Assembly (NCBI GenBank): GCA_020137815.1
Contig: CM035362.1
Span: 3,906,001 to 3,970,000, forward strand
Source of the DNA: Hormiphora californensis
Lineage: Eukaryota; Animalia; Ctenophora
DNA length: 64,000 bases
Direction of reading: 5' to 3'
The position numbers and the translations under genes are program-made. The notes under the pieces were generated by a model. The model saw only the letters and a program-made list of their open reading frames with translations. It was not told where the DNA came from and made no database searches. Within the stretch, counting starts at the first letter, position 1, and every line of letters begins with the position of its first letter. This document shows positions 49,995-63,600 of this stretch, in pieces.

Positions 49995-51471
49995 TAGTCA
50001 GGGCGAACTAGCATCAAAAAAGGGGCTGGCATAATTATTAGCAAATCCGATTGTACCCGACCTGTTTTGAACCGCTGAACACAAATCCGGCCGTAGGCAA
50101 GCTCTCAGAAATGGAGAAATTGGTGAAATTGGACATTTTTGGTCATTTTTGGACCAAAAATATGAATTTCGAAATATAGCCATGATTGACGTCTATTCCT
50201 ACCTGTTTTCGACCGCTGAACACGGTTTTGGTTATAAAATGGCTCTCAGAGGTGAGGAAAATGCATAAATTTGGTATATTTGGTCAAAATTGGTCAAAAT
50301 TGGGTAAGTTGACTAATTTTCGTTTTTTCACTTTTTGAAACAAATTTCACCTATACTGGACATTTTTGTACTGCTGAAAATTAATATGATCATCCAAATT
50401 GGCTCATAGGCCATGAAAATGCCCAAATTGGGCACAATTGGGTCTAATTGGGCAAAATGACATTTTTCTTCCTTTTCATATCGGATGCTCATTTCGACAT
50501 AAATTTGACATTTTTAGCCGCTGAGCACGATCCTGGCATTAAAAAGTAGCTCAGAGCTTTCTAAAAATCCCTCAGATCTTGTCAGATAACCTAGATAACC
50601 TCCAGTCCTTTGGCCATACTTTTTACCCTCATACCCACTATATACTCTTTAGACCCTACTAGATTCCCCTCAGACCCCACTAGATTCCTCTCAGACCCTA
50701 CTAGATACCCCACAGACCCTACTTGATACCCCTCAGACGCTACTAAACACCCTCAAAGCCCTCTAGATACCCACAGAGGGGAATCTAGTAGGGAGTCGAA
50801 ATCTAGTAGAGTTTAAAGAGTATATAGTGGGTATGAGGGTAAAAAGTATGGCCAAAGGACTGGAGGTTATCTAGGTTATCTGACAAGATCTGAGGGATTT
50901 CTAGAAAGCTCCGAGGTAATTTTTAATGCCAGGATCGTGCTCAGCGGCTAAAAATGCCAAATTTATGTCGAAATGAGCATCCGAAATGAAAAGGAAGCAA
51001 AATTTCATTTTGCCCAATTAGACCCAATTGTGCCCAATTTGGGCACTTTCATGGCCTATGAGCCCATTTGGATGATCATATTAATTTTCAGCAGTACAAA
51101 CATGTCCAGTATAGGTGAAATTTGCTTCAAAAAGTCAAAAAAACGAAAATTAGTCAACTTACCCAATTTTGACCAAATATACCAAATTTATGCATTTTTC
51201 TCACCTCTGAGAGCCATTTTATTATCAAAATCGTGTTCAACGGTCGAAAACAGGTTGGAATAGACGTCAATGATGGCTCTATTTCGAAGTTCATATTTTT
51301 GGCCCAAAAATGACCAAAAATGGCCAATTTCACCAATTTCTCCATTTCTGAGAGCTTGCCTACGGCCGGATTCGTGTTCAGCGGTTCAAAACAGGTCGGG
51401 TACAACCGGATTTGCTAATAATTATGCCAGCCCCTTTTTCGGCCGGTTTTGAAGCTAGTTCGCCCTGACTA
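49995..51471. mobile_element. 1.48-kb foldback element (TAGTCAGGGC termini, 3-bp TSD CAG)
   Basis: cag-TAGTCAGGGCGAACTAGC...GCTAGTTCGCCCTGACTA-cag; ~670-bp inverted arms. Confidence 0.88.
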
Positions 51472-51589
51472 CAGATGTTATTTTCACAGCCACCTGTTTG
51501 ACCCCGGTAGTAAGGGCCGGAATACTGCCTTTATGCACTTATAGACATTGGTTTCTTTTAGTTAGGGCAATTACCGAGCAGATTACCGT

Positions 51590-51710
51590 GCAGTCAATTA
51601 TCCGTCAATTATCAGTCAATTATCCGTCAATTATCAGTCAATTATCCGTCAATTATCAGTCAATTATCAGTCAATTATCCGTCAATTATCAGTCATTTGT
51701 CAGTCAATTT
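51590..51710. repeat. 11-nt satellite (gtcaattatc[a/c])
   Basis: Direct inspection. Confidence 0.9.
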
Positions 51711-51718
51711 CCAATATA

Positions 51719-52146
51719 TGTCTCTATCTATAATGGGTCTTACCGCAGAACTGGAAATGAATTTGTCTCCCATGATCCGGGTAACTAACTTCTTCGGGGC
51801 CTTTTCGGGAACAAAAACATTAATGCGTCCTCAAATTAATTTGTGTAAAGTAGTTGGTGACGCGGCCACCCCTACACTAGCTGCGCGAAGCGCGGCTAAA
51901 CGAAGCCTAATATAATAGGGGATTTCATCACCAAGTAAATTAGTGCCGAACAATCCTCCGAAAAACTCCGTCCAGAGCAATGGCCTGAGCGTGCTTCTCA
52001 AGAGACCAAAACTGTAAAAATTGTATCCAAATCGAGGCAACATTTACTACTTACCGTGCGAGAACCGCGGTCAGAGTGCATATTGGCCTGACAAATTGTC
52101 TCTCTCTTATAATGGGCATCTTACCGCAGAACTGGAAATGAATTTG
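51719..52146. mobile_element. Segment bounded by ~45-bp direct repeats, with an internal gcgcgaagcgc hairpin (rolling-circle-like remnant)
   Basis: tataatggg..cttaccgcagaactggaaatgaatttg at ~51728 and ~52108. Confidence 0.4.
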
Positions 52147-53754
52147 GTACGTGCTTCATAATTTCAGCTCTGCAGAAATCAAGATATGTTTGTATAGAAG
52201 CCCCATTAGAACTGCCGTAGTCATGGTAACAACATAGTGATATGGCCCCCAAACTTCTAGTTCCGCTAGTTCGCCCCCTTTTTAACTCTAATATATCCTT
52301 TGGCATGCTTCTTGTTAGCGTAGTGAGAATCATGTCTCGGCTATTAGTTATTTGTTTTACCCCACTTATTTATAATAGTGAGGGCGTCAGACAATTATTT
52401 TAGATACGCCCACACGGCGGCATTAATATGATCGCCTGCATTACACATGTGGGGCATTGTGAGTAGGTAAATACTATAATTTGTACTTGATTGCATCAAG
52501 ATGTTGTACTTGGATTTGGATGGATTATTTTATGAAGGAGCAATTTTCGCGTAACAAACACTTCTATCGATCCATTTTCTATAATTATTCATACTCACTC
52601 TCTCCAGGCAACTGCTCTCCATTTACAACGTTAACGATCACATTACCTTCCTTTTTTATTCTGCTGTCGTCCTACCATGTGTTTTTAATGGTCACCATGG
52701 TAACCATGAACAGAATTAGAATTGTAATAAGTGAGCCACGCCTTGTGTTTTTAAATTATAGCTTGTTTTCCAATCGGTATATCAACCTTACTGATCGTCA
52801 CCAAAATTTAACCGTTGTATGAGCTACTGCCTATAATTAAGATCAGGACATTCCGGTTATTCTGGAATTTGTACTGCTGTGTGCACATGTGTGATGGCAA
52901 AATTAGCATTATATATGTATCCGTTATTATAGCGGTTTATATTCATCTGACATATCCGCATATTCCGGGGCGGTTTAGGGAAGCTCGCACCACATTATAA
53001 AGTGCGCTATATAGGTTCACATTAGTAAGACGTAGTGAGACGTTTACTGTCATAGCTATTATATATATATAGTTATGTGTGCTAGTGAGTGTTGAAAATC
53101 TTTGCTCCTTCATAAATTCATCATGATGTGTGACTAATTCACTTAGTGCTCCTTCATAAATTAATCAGATCTGATCAGCATTTGTGTCCCCCATTCTAGT
53201 TATACATCGCAGCTCAATACAACTTCCAATTGCTCTCTAATACAGTTGGCATCCGATATTTAAATATCCATCCAGTCTTTCTGAAATTGACCGTGAACAA
53301 GTCTGACACAAGCAAGCTTCATCTACATGAATGCTATATATCTGAAAACTTTTCGAATAATAATGCTCGTTTGTCTATCCTAATTATATCTAGGCCTTGT
53401 TATTTAATATAGTTCAGTTTCTCGAATTATCCTTCCCTTCACCGCTTGTAGCTTCACGCCTTGTTGAAGTACTAAGGACACTCAATTATCAAAATGAGCT
53501 CTTTCGCGGGCAACGCTTTGATGGTCGAACAGGTCTGAAATGAAATACACTGATCTGAATTGCAGACACTTGTTTTGTTGTGTTGATTTTTGACTCCAAA
53601 AGTCTAAGGTCCAACCCTTAATTTGAGTTAATAAAAGTTGTTGTTCTAGTAAAATGACTATAGTTAGAGTTAACCATGTCTCTGAGTCTCTTGCGGGACA
53701 TTTGCAAGCCAAGGAACTCTGAGTTATCTCTCGTCACATTTCTTTAAAAAGCTG

Positions 53755-53810
<56 letters not shown>

Positions 53811-54437
53811 TAGTTTTCACTGAAAGTTTCAATATTCTCAAAAAAAACGAGTAGAAGTAACCCGGCTAATTTACACATGTCATCGACATTTTATGCTTCC
53901 CTTCAAAATATCTCTTTTGTTCTAAAATTCTTGTTCCTGGCTACTATGTTCACCCGACATTCTTTAAAACTTTTCTGGGGCCAGACTCAGAAAAGTTTTC
54001 TGAGGCATAAGTCTGACTCCCAGAAGTCTGAAATGGATTGTTGGGAACTTGGGCCAAACCAGTCCTCACAATTTGGTATACTGCTGAAGTATACTTAGTA
54101 CAGGGTAGTACACGGTAGAAAGAAAGCAGCTCAGACGGTGATAATGGGAATTCTTTTCAGCCTCCAAAGAAGGCGCACGTTTGGGGTGCATGTAGTGACT
54201 CTCTGTCTGTTTTGTTTTAGATAGAAAGTGTCTTGAATTGATTCTCTCGCCTAAGAATATGCTTTTAAACCCTGCCTGAATAAAGAATTTCACCCGACAA
54301 TTGTTTCACTTTTCTTCTTTTAAAGTGCCTGCATGATATTACGTGTTGTAAAATAAGGGCATATATATTTTAGTTTTATGTTTGGCGAGCGCCTCGACCT
54401 TTTTTCTGGCGTACAAGAAAATGGGTCTGGTGCACGC

Positions 54438-54546
54438 TAGGAACCGACCGAATCAGGACATAATGGTCCTTGATTGGCTGATAACCAGTCACGTGACCTA
54501 AATAACGAGTTCTGATTAGTTGTTTACTTGGTCCGGTCGGTTCCTG
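54438..54546. mobile_element. hAT MITE ~105 bp upstream of the TRPM start codon
   Basis: TSD gtgcacgc/gtgcacac. Confidence 0.88.
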
Positions 54547-54651
54547 GTGCACACTAGACAGTTGTACTTGTTGGATAAGAATGAGCTTCAATAAACTCCC
54601 AAATCTCCCTAAACGGGTTGCAGCAGCAGCATGCCATTATAACGGCTTAGA

Positions 54652-57600
54652 ATGGAGAACGGTTCTGCAAACGGAGGAGGTGTGTACAATAATACGGAGA
54701 GTGTAGTCGGTGGAAAGGGGTTGATTAGTGAGTTACCTGAGAGTTACAACCGGGATTACTACAAGGCATACAAGAAGTTTATGAAGAGCAACGAGGTCTC
54801 GCCGATCGGGGGAACGGAGACTATGGATGGATTTATGGTGAGTTTTTATATTTTTTTAGTTTTAGCGTTGCGTTCACCTGTCAGGCCAATGCTCTGACCA
54901 CAGTTCTCGCGCGCTCCGAAACGAGAATGGGTCAGGCCAATGCTCTGACAGGTGTTCACTCACTTTAGTCACTTTAGGTTGTTCGAAGCTGTAAGATCAG
55001 ATCCTCTGCTGCAACAGGGTCATCGCCTCGTGCGAACACCCTTCAGGGTTATCTCTCAGCCGTTAAAGGTTGACAAGATACCTAAAACTTTTCGTATATC
55101 GTCTTATTTTGATTTATCATTAATTTTCAGCATTTTTTCAGAATTTTTTGTCGGCTAGAAAAAAAATCGAAATAGGGGGTCTACTGATATTGTCAGCACT
55201 GGTTTCACTGGGCACACTCACTGCGTCTCGCAAATTGAAATTCACGTTTCCGGTTCCTCAAAAGATAGCTACTTGATCTTGGTTGCGTTGGATTGGTCTC
55301 AATAAGACCTTTCTAACGCTACCAAAACGATTTCTGTATCTCATCAGGAACCGGAGATATTCCAGTATCAATTTTAAAAAGGGAACACTCATTTATCAGG
55401 GGCTCTTCGACGAAACTTAAAGCAAACTTAATAAATAAGCTCTCTTTAGAGTTACACAAGGAAAATTTTTCAGACTTGTCTCGAGAGGGGTGTCGTCGAA
55501 CGCTTTCCAAAACCTCACTTTAGGTCCTTGGTGTGAACCACGTGTATACCACGTGAAGCCCCGGATCACCCCTCGTGTATGGGTGTAGAAAACCAATCAG
55601 GGGATCGAAACTGGACACGTGATAGGATTTCCATTACATGGGTTTACACAGGCGTCAATTTGGTCACGTGTAGGGTTCACCAGCCAATAGTGTTAGCGAG
55701 ATATCACACCAGATTGGGGGTGAAGAAGAAGTTTGACTTCCATTTCTCAAGATTCAAGAAATTTCAAATCTTCAATACTCTTACAGTAGCTGGCAATGAA
55801 TGTTATAGCGGACAAATAGAGATCTAACATTGATTGTTCATTATGAAAAATCAATAAACCTATACACTAATAACTTGCAATATTATTTAGGCCGGATGAG
55901 ATGAATAGATAAGCTGCTAGATGAAGAGATAAACAGTGAAAGTATAGTAGTAGTTCACTGTTCATCTTGTCCTGCCAGAAGGAAAACAACTGAATTCATC
56001 CACATCTTATCTGACTGTGAGAGTCTAATACAGATGCTGTATGCAGTATGGGCTTGGCTGAAACCCCAAACTAGTGCCTCAATATTGTGGTTGAGTAGAG
56101 ATAGCTAATTGGGGGACAATGAGTGCCATTTTATCTTTTTTCTACATGCGAGTTCTCGCTTCTAAGCAAAATATACACTGTTTTGTAGCATCTTTTACTT
56201 GCCAGCGCTGTCTTGTCTACCATTAAGTCTCCTCTGGAGGAGACTTAACAAACCTCACTTTTCTCGATATTTGAGTGAGATATTGCGTGAACTATGACGT
56301 CATTGTCGCTTCAATTTGGCCCAAATCACGTGATTTTACCACGTGATTAGGGGGTTACGCAAGGTTTGGAGAGCTTGTGTAAAACTTCACTTACTACCCC
56401 TCAATTTTCACTAAGCAAGATTTCTAAAAAGTTTCGTCGACACAAACCATGCTTAAGGGGTGTGAAAATCAATTAGAAGGTGTGAAAGGAGAGTTACGCA
56501 ATGTTTTTAAGTGTGTTTAAAGTTTCGTCGAAGAGCCCCAGTAGACCCCCTTTTTTGCACATATTTCTAGCCGACCAAAAATTCTGAAAAAATGCTGTAA
56601 ATTAATGATAAATCAAAATAAGACGATATACGAAAAGTTTTAGGTATCTTGTCAACCTTTAATGATAAAAGTTTTAGAGTTGCTAAGATGAGTTTCAGAG
56701 GTGGATATTACGTCATGATCGCAGTTTTCTCGGTGCCAGAATTTTAGAATTCAAATATTTTTTCTAAAAACTAACTTCAAACTGATTTCAATTTTCCTCT
56801 CATGTTGTTATGGCTGTTGCTATGGTTACACACACGTGTTCCATGGTACGTTACCAACGATCTCATATAATGTTTGCACATGTCATGTGAGAGAGATCTC
56901 TCTCTAACTCTCGAGAGGTTATGGCGTATCATGCTTACGCATATATATACCGAGCATACAAAATCCAAAGACCGGTAACCTCTCTTGATCATCAAATATC
57001 TTGTGTTTTGTTGTAAAGTTCCCAGCTATCACTCAACTCAATACAGTCAATGAATTTGACACTGCTCAACATTCTCGCAACATCGAATGTGTATCAAAGA
57101 GATATCATTCAGAGCTTGATATATCACTGTCTACAGCTTTTGTCTCTCTGTGTTTGTGTGTGTGTTGTCGCAATTGACATGTAATCAGCTCATGTGATCA
57201 ATGGGTCTTCCGTTTTATATATTGTTTGGTTTATAGATTGTATCTTTTTATTTGCGATATAGGGCAGCACCTCCGAACACGATCAGCAATTTAAAAAATT
57301 ATTCATGTTTTCTTGTCGGCGGGGTGGTGTAGTGGTAGCACACTGGCCTCCCATGCGCTATGTCCAGGGCTCGATTCTGGTCTAGCGCACGTCGTCTAGT
57401 CCACCAAGCTATGATTGGTACGGGGATTTACCCGGATAGTGTACTCGTTGCAAAGGTTCACCTATTCATACAGGTGTCACACTAACTAATTAGTGTGTAA
57501 TTGTAAGGTGCTCACGTGTAGAAATACATGTGTTCATCACTCATCAGTGGCTTGAGGAGCCTGTAAAAGGGACATCAAGCCAACTGCACGAGTTTTCATT

Positions 57601-60600
57601 ATTTTTTTTCTTTGGCTCGGAGGCGCATACGACTTATATTTCTGCACCTAAATACGTTTAGCGTCAGTTTACATTTCTTAGTTTCGATGTTTGATCATGA
57701 ACAGTTGATTTTTTGTCACAGTTGTCACCTGAAAACCTGATTTGTCATGTAGCTCCGAAAATCAATAAAAGAGATATAATAGTTTGCTATATCAACTGGT
57801 GAGAGTCCATAGCAACTGGTGAGAGTCCATAGCAACTGGAGAGATTCCATAGCAACTGGAGAGATTCCATAGCAACTGGAGAGATTCCATAGCAACTGGT
57901 GATCAGAGTCCATAGCAACTGGTTGCTATGACCAGCTCCCATGGCAACTGGACCAATCCAGACGATGTTCCACCGGAGTTGGATAGGACTCGGACTATCG
58001 CCAGTGTCCTTTCTCTTCCCGATGTAAAATACATTACAAAATAGTATATATATTGAATTTAGGTTTTTAATCGAAATGAGCATTTTAAATCAAACTGTTT
58101 GTCTGTTTGTCCGTGTGTAGATGGCTGTCTCATATATATCATGTTTGTCCATTTTTGTAGAATAGTAGTATGTACAGGGTGGGCCAGAAACTAACTGACT
58201 CCATACATGTTTCTAGCCCGCCCTGTAGAAATAGCCTAATCCCATGGTCTCTCTCCAAATTCCAACATTCTCTTTCCCCTCAGTTCTCTTTCACTGCGTA
58301 CGAGCAATGGGTGAAAAAAGAGATCAAAGTAAGGGAATGCTGTGTGTTCATAAAAAAAATGGATGGGGAACTGGAGCCCATGTAAGTTGATTAATTGAAA
58401 TAATTAATATTTAATTAGTTGTACTGGAGCCCATGTAAGTTGATTAATTGAAATAATTAATATTTAATTAGTTAATCCAGTTGTAAAAAAGGGTTAGCTG
58501 TTATTGTAATAAGTTGGTTGGTTTTGCCTAGCTAGACTGTGTTTCGCGCGCCCCGCCAAATGTAAAGGAGGGTTAGAACATAACAAGGTTGGTTTGAGCG
58601 GCTGGTGCTTTTTGGAGCCCTTGTGTAGGCTTATTATTGTAATAAGTAACCCTTTTGTACTACCGGATCCTAAATGTATTCTTTTTTCCAACCAGGGAGG
58701 ACATGACTTGATATTTTGCAGCTAATAACACATAGTTCTCTTAACCAGGAACCGACCGAATCGGGAAATACTGGTCCCTGATTGGCTGATAACCAGTCAC
58801 GTGACCTAAATAATGAGTTCTGATTGGTTGTTTACTTGGTTCGGTCGGTTCCTGCACCCAGGGAGGACATGACGTGATCTTTTGCAAATAATAACACACA
58901 GTTCTCTCCAGTTGTCACTGTGGAAATGTTCGATCAGCACACAGCGATGGAATACAGATCCATTCGGAGAACGAGAAATGGGATAAAACGACCCATACGA
59001 CACTGAGCGAGTGCACGGCATTCGGGAAGATCAACTTCCTAGACGAGGATACTACGATCCAGCCTGAGGTGAGGTTTTGTTTGTTTCTCCCTCCCGAGGT
59101 GAGCTGTTTTGTTTGTTTCTCCCTCCCGAGGTGAGTTTTGTTTGTTTCTGCCTCCCGAGGTGAGAAGTTTTGTTTGTTTCTCCCTCCCGAGGTGAGGGTT
59201 TGTTTGTTTCTCCCTCCCGAGGTGAGGATTTGTTATGTTTCTGCCTCCCGAGGTGAGAATTTGTAATGTGTGTTGTTTTGTTCAAACCTTTTTATTCGGG
59301 GAGGGAGGGTCGAACAAGGCAAAGGATTTGTTATGTTGCTGCCTCTCCCGAGGTGAGCTGTTTTGTTTGTTTCTCCCTCCCGAGGTGCAAGGATAATTTT
59401 TGTTATGTTTCTCCCTCCCGAGGTGAGGATAATTTTTGTTATGTTTCTGCCTCCCGAGGTGCAAGGATAATTTTTGTTTGTTTCTGCCTGATCCCGAGGT
59501 GCAAGGATAATTTTTGTTTGTTTCTGCCTGATCCCGAGGTGCAAGGATAATTTTTGTTTGTTTCTGCCTGATCCCGAGGTGCAAGGATAATTTTTGTTTG
59601 TTTCTGCCTGATCCCGAGGTGCAAGGATAATTTTTGTTATGTTTCTGCCTCCCTTAAATTACGTCCGGGGGATATCCTCCAGAGAGGTCCCATAATGTTA
59701 AGTACACTGCCAAAACGCTACGGGTTTAGCCAGCTGGGACGTCTGAGGGGGAGGATCCCCCGGAGACGTCCCATGACGCTACAGGTTGGACCAGTTGGGA
59801 CGTCTAGGGGGAGGATCCCCCGGAGACGTCCCATGACGATACGGGTTGAGCCAGTTGGGACGTCTGAGGGGGAAGATCCCCCGGAGACGTCCCATGACGC
59901 TACGGGCTGGACCAGTTGGGACGTCTGAGGGGGGATCCCCCGGAGACGTCCCATGACGCTACGGGTTGGACCAGTTGGGACGTCTGAGGGGGATGTCCTC
60001 CAGAGACGTCCCATGACGCTACGGGTTGGACCAGTTGTGACGTCTGAGGGGGGATCCCCCGGAGACGTCCCATGACGCTACGGGTTGGACCAGTTGGGAC
60101 GTCTGAGGGGGAGGATCCCCCGGGGGTGTAAGGAAGGTCATTTGTTTGTTTGCACTTAGCATTTGTAAATTGGCTCCATTCTAATAAAGGGCCTGGGGAG
60201 TGATCTGTGGGGACTGGATTAATTGTTTAGGTTCTTCGCCCATTTCTGCGAAATCCACTGTGTGTATACGGTGTGTTTGCATAATTCATATTTTTGATCT
60301 CCCAGCCCCGACCCCCCCCCTCTCTCTCTCTCGAAGAATCTCCAAGGTGACTCACATCTTTCTCTCCTCCAGTATATACGAGTAGCCAGTGACTACGGCG
60401 ACCGAAAGAACATCCAAAGGATGGAGAAGTTACTCCGCGAGTTTTGGAGTTTACATCAGCCAGGTGAGAGCACAAAAAGTTTTATAAAGGAGCAAGGTAT
60501 CTTGTAGACCATACTCAGACTGTTAGCGTATCTCCAAATCACCGCAACTACCCAAATCTCCACTACCCAAATCTCCACTACCCAAATCACCACAACTCCC

Positions 60601-63600
60601 TAAATCACCACAACTCCCTAAATCACCACAACTCCCTAAATCACCACAACTCCCTAAATCACCACAACTCCCTAAATCACCACAACTCCCTAAATCACAG
60701 CAACTCCATAATTCACCACAACTCCCCCAAATCACCACAACTCCCTAAATCACCACAACTCCCTAAATCACCACAACTCCCTAAATCACCACAACTCCCT
60801 AAATCACCACAACTCCCTAAATCACCACAATTCAGCTCCCTAAATCACCATGACTCCCTAAACCATCACAACTCCCTAAATCACCACAACTCCCTAAATC
60901 ACCACAACTCCCTAAATCACCACAACTCCCTAAACCAAATCCACTACCCAAATCACCGCAATTCCCTAAATCACCACAACTCCCTAAATCACCACAACTC
61001 CCCAAATCTCCGCAACTCCCTAAACCAAATCCACCCCCAGGTTTGCTGATATCGGTTATTGGGGGCAACAAGAGTTTCTACGTTCCCCACGACATCTGTT
61101 TACATTTTCAACACGGTCTACTAAACGCAGCTAAATCAACTAATGGTTGGATTATTACCAGCGGTCAAGACGAGGTTAGCACCAGGAACCGACCGAATCA
61201 GGAAATACTGGTCCTTGATTGGCTGATAACCAGTCACGTGACCTAAATAACGAGTTCTGATTGGTTGTTTACTTAATTCGGTCGGTTCCTGTCATTTGGA
61301 AATATCATTTGAAAATGATTTGAAACTAATTTTTAGAATTTTATATTTCATTAGTCTATGTGTTTTCATAATGTATGCTTATCCTGAGCTGTGTTTTCTA
61401 GTATTCCAGGAATTCGAGTACACACATGTGACCTCAATAGTTGAGCCTTATTCGACAGCAATACAACTATATGTTGTGTATACCAGGAACCGACCGAATC
61501 AGGAAATACTGGTCCCTGATTGGATGATAACCAGTCACGTGACCTAAATAACGAGTTCTGATTGGTTGTTTACTTGTTTCGGTCGGTTCCTGGTGTATAC
61601 CTCACCAAATTCATTCCCTCATTGCCCCCCACCCTCGAATACCCATTTATCACCACTTGAAAATGATGTGTACTTGTATAGTAGACTCCACTATATATAG
61701 TATATATATGTGCCACTAATAACCACTAATACCACTCTGATAACCACCTTGATTTCTCACTAATCAGTATAACCACCTCTCATATTTCAGGGTGTAGCTA
61801 AGCTGGTGGGAGATATCATTGGCCGGTCCATTCTCACCTCCAAGATCTACACAATCGGAGTTTCAAGTTGGGGAAAAACATGGAACAATGAGATGCTACA
61901 CAGGAAGAACAACAGGGTAAGATAATACATGTAATGCATTTAAATGTTTTGAAATTTTTAGAATTTTTTGAAAATTTTTTGAAAATTTTAGAAATTTATA
62001 GAAATGGTAAATGGAAATTTTTGGAAGTTTTTAGTAAACTAGATGTGAAATTGAGTACCATTTTCTAATAGAGCCTAGTGTTCTGGAGCATGACACATCT
62101 GTTGACTACTCCGAAAGCATATAGGGGGGGGGGCCTTTTTTTGCCGCACACGGTAGCACACATCTCCATGCTCCCCGCCCTCTCGTAGTTCGAGTACTAA
62201 CACGGACAATAATGGAGCACAGCTCATTTTCATTTTTCCTACCTCGATGCGGAGTTAACCAATGACTATCTGGCACTACTTCCTCACTTCTTCGCCGGAG
62301 CTAGCTCCCACACCTGGCTTCCACTTTTCTCGGTCGACTCCAAAGCACGGCAACTTAGTGTTCTCAACTATAAATATGTTGCCCTGATACTGACTACTCT
62401 GAAAGAAGAACGATGAAGATTATTTACCTGCTAGTATTGGTGGTGGTTGAGGCCGCGGACCCCATAGACTTCAACCCTGTATGGCAGCTTAGCCATGAAC
62501 CTGAACCCTGCGGATGGCCATGTTATGGGCTATACGACTGGGATGGACTGACGGGTATGGTATTGGTAGTGATGATACTGCCCTCACTATGGACTACCTG
62601 AGCCACTGGGTATGGAAGGAGCCAGCAGACTACATTGCTATCGTGAGGCACCAAGGAGGGGTGGTGGACGCAGTCAAGGTGTTCGAGTTCACAAATTGGG
62701 GAATCAGCCTTCTGGAGAGGTTCCAAGATATGAACCCAGGAAGGTGGGTTGTTACCAGTGGGGGACCCATCCAAGAAGAGGTAGCGGGTGACGCCAAAAA
62801 TCTTGGAGATGATCCTATATTTGGTGTTGGTGGAGACTTGGCATTCAACTGGGGGTACACCGATAATGGACACAGGATCGTCCTAACTGGAGGACACTTA
62901 TCAGCAGAAGATTCTAATGATGACAACACTCACGGGCTGGGAAATGACTTCGCGTGCAATCCTATCACTGGAGTGACTAATGAAAACGGGTACTGGGCAC
63001 ACGAGATATCCAACATTCAGGATTGCCCTCTAGCGACCTGCCATCATGTCAAAGTACAGGGTACCGACCATGGGAACGGGCCTCACCTGAAGAGTGGTCC
63101 AGTGTATGGGAATTACGCCATCTACATCTCAAAGGACGCCTACCACTTTCCCTGGACCTGGATCTGAACTGGACCTGGAAATGAGCTCCTGGAAATAATG
63201 AAAGAAGAGAAAAGAATGCTTTACCTAATTTTATATGTGTAGTATAATAGCAATTATCAAAACTTAGAATTCGGTGAAAAATGTGTCGTTGTTCTCCACA
63301 AAATATTTACCCTTCACACTGCACAAATCATTACGACGGGGGGGGGGTCGATGTGGATGGGTATTTTTCAAATACTAAGGAACCCTTCCAGTTGAGAACC
63401 CGTCGACTAAACAGTGAAAAATAATATTTTTGCACGATTTTGAGACGTTTTTACGCCATAACTCGATCATTTCTCAACCATTTTAGGAAATCTTGGGCTC
63501 ATTGGAAAGAGGACGTCGAGCTCTTTTTAAAGAGCTATGAATTTTGCAGATTCGCTAAGGGTCAATTCAAAAAGGACGTCCGTGATTTTTGGTAGTTTCT

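Noticed and set aside
59736-60125. CRISPR-like array of palindromic repeats
   Set aside because: The intervening sequences are near-identical rather than unique spacers, there are no cas genes, and the locus is a eukaryotic intron.
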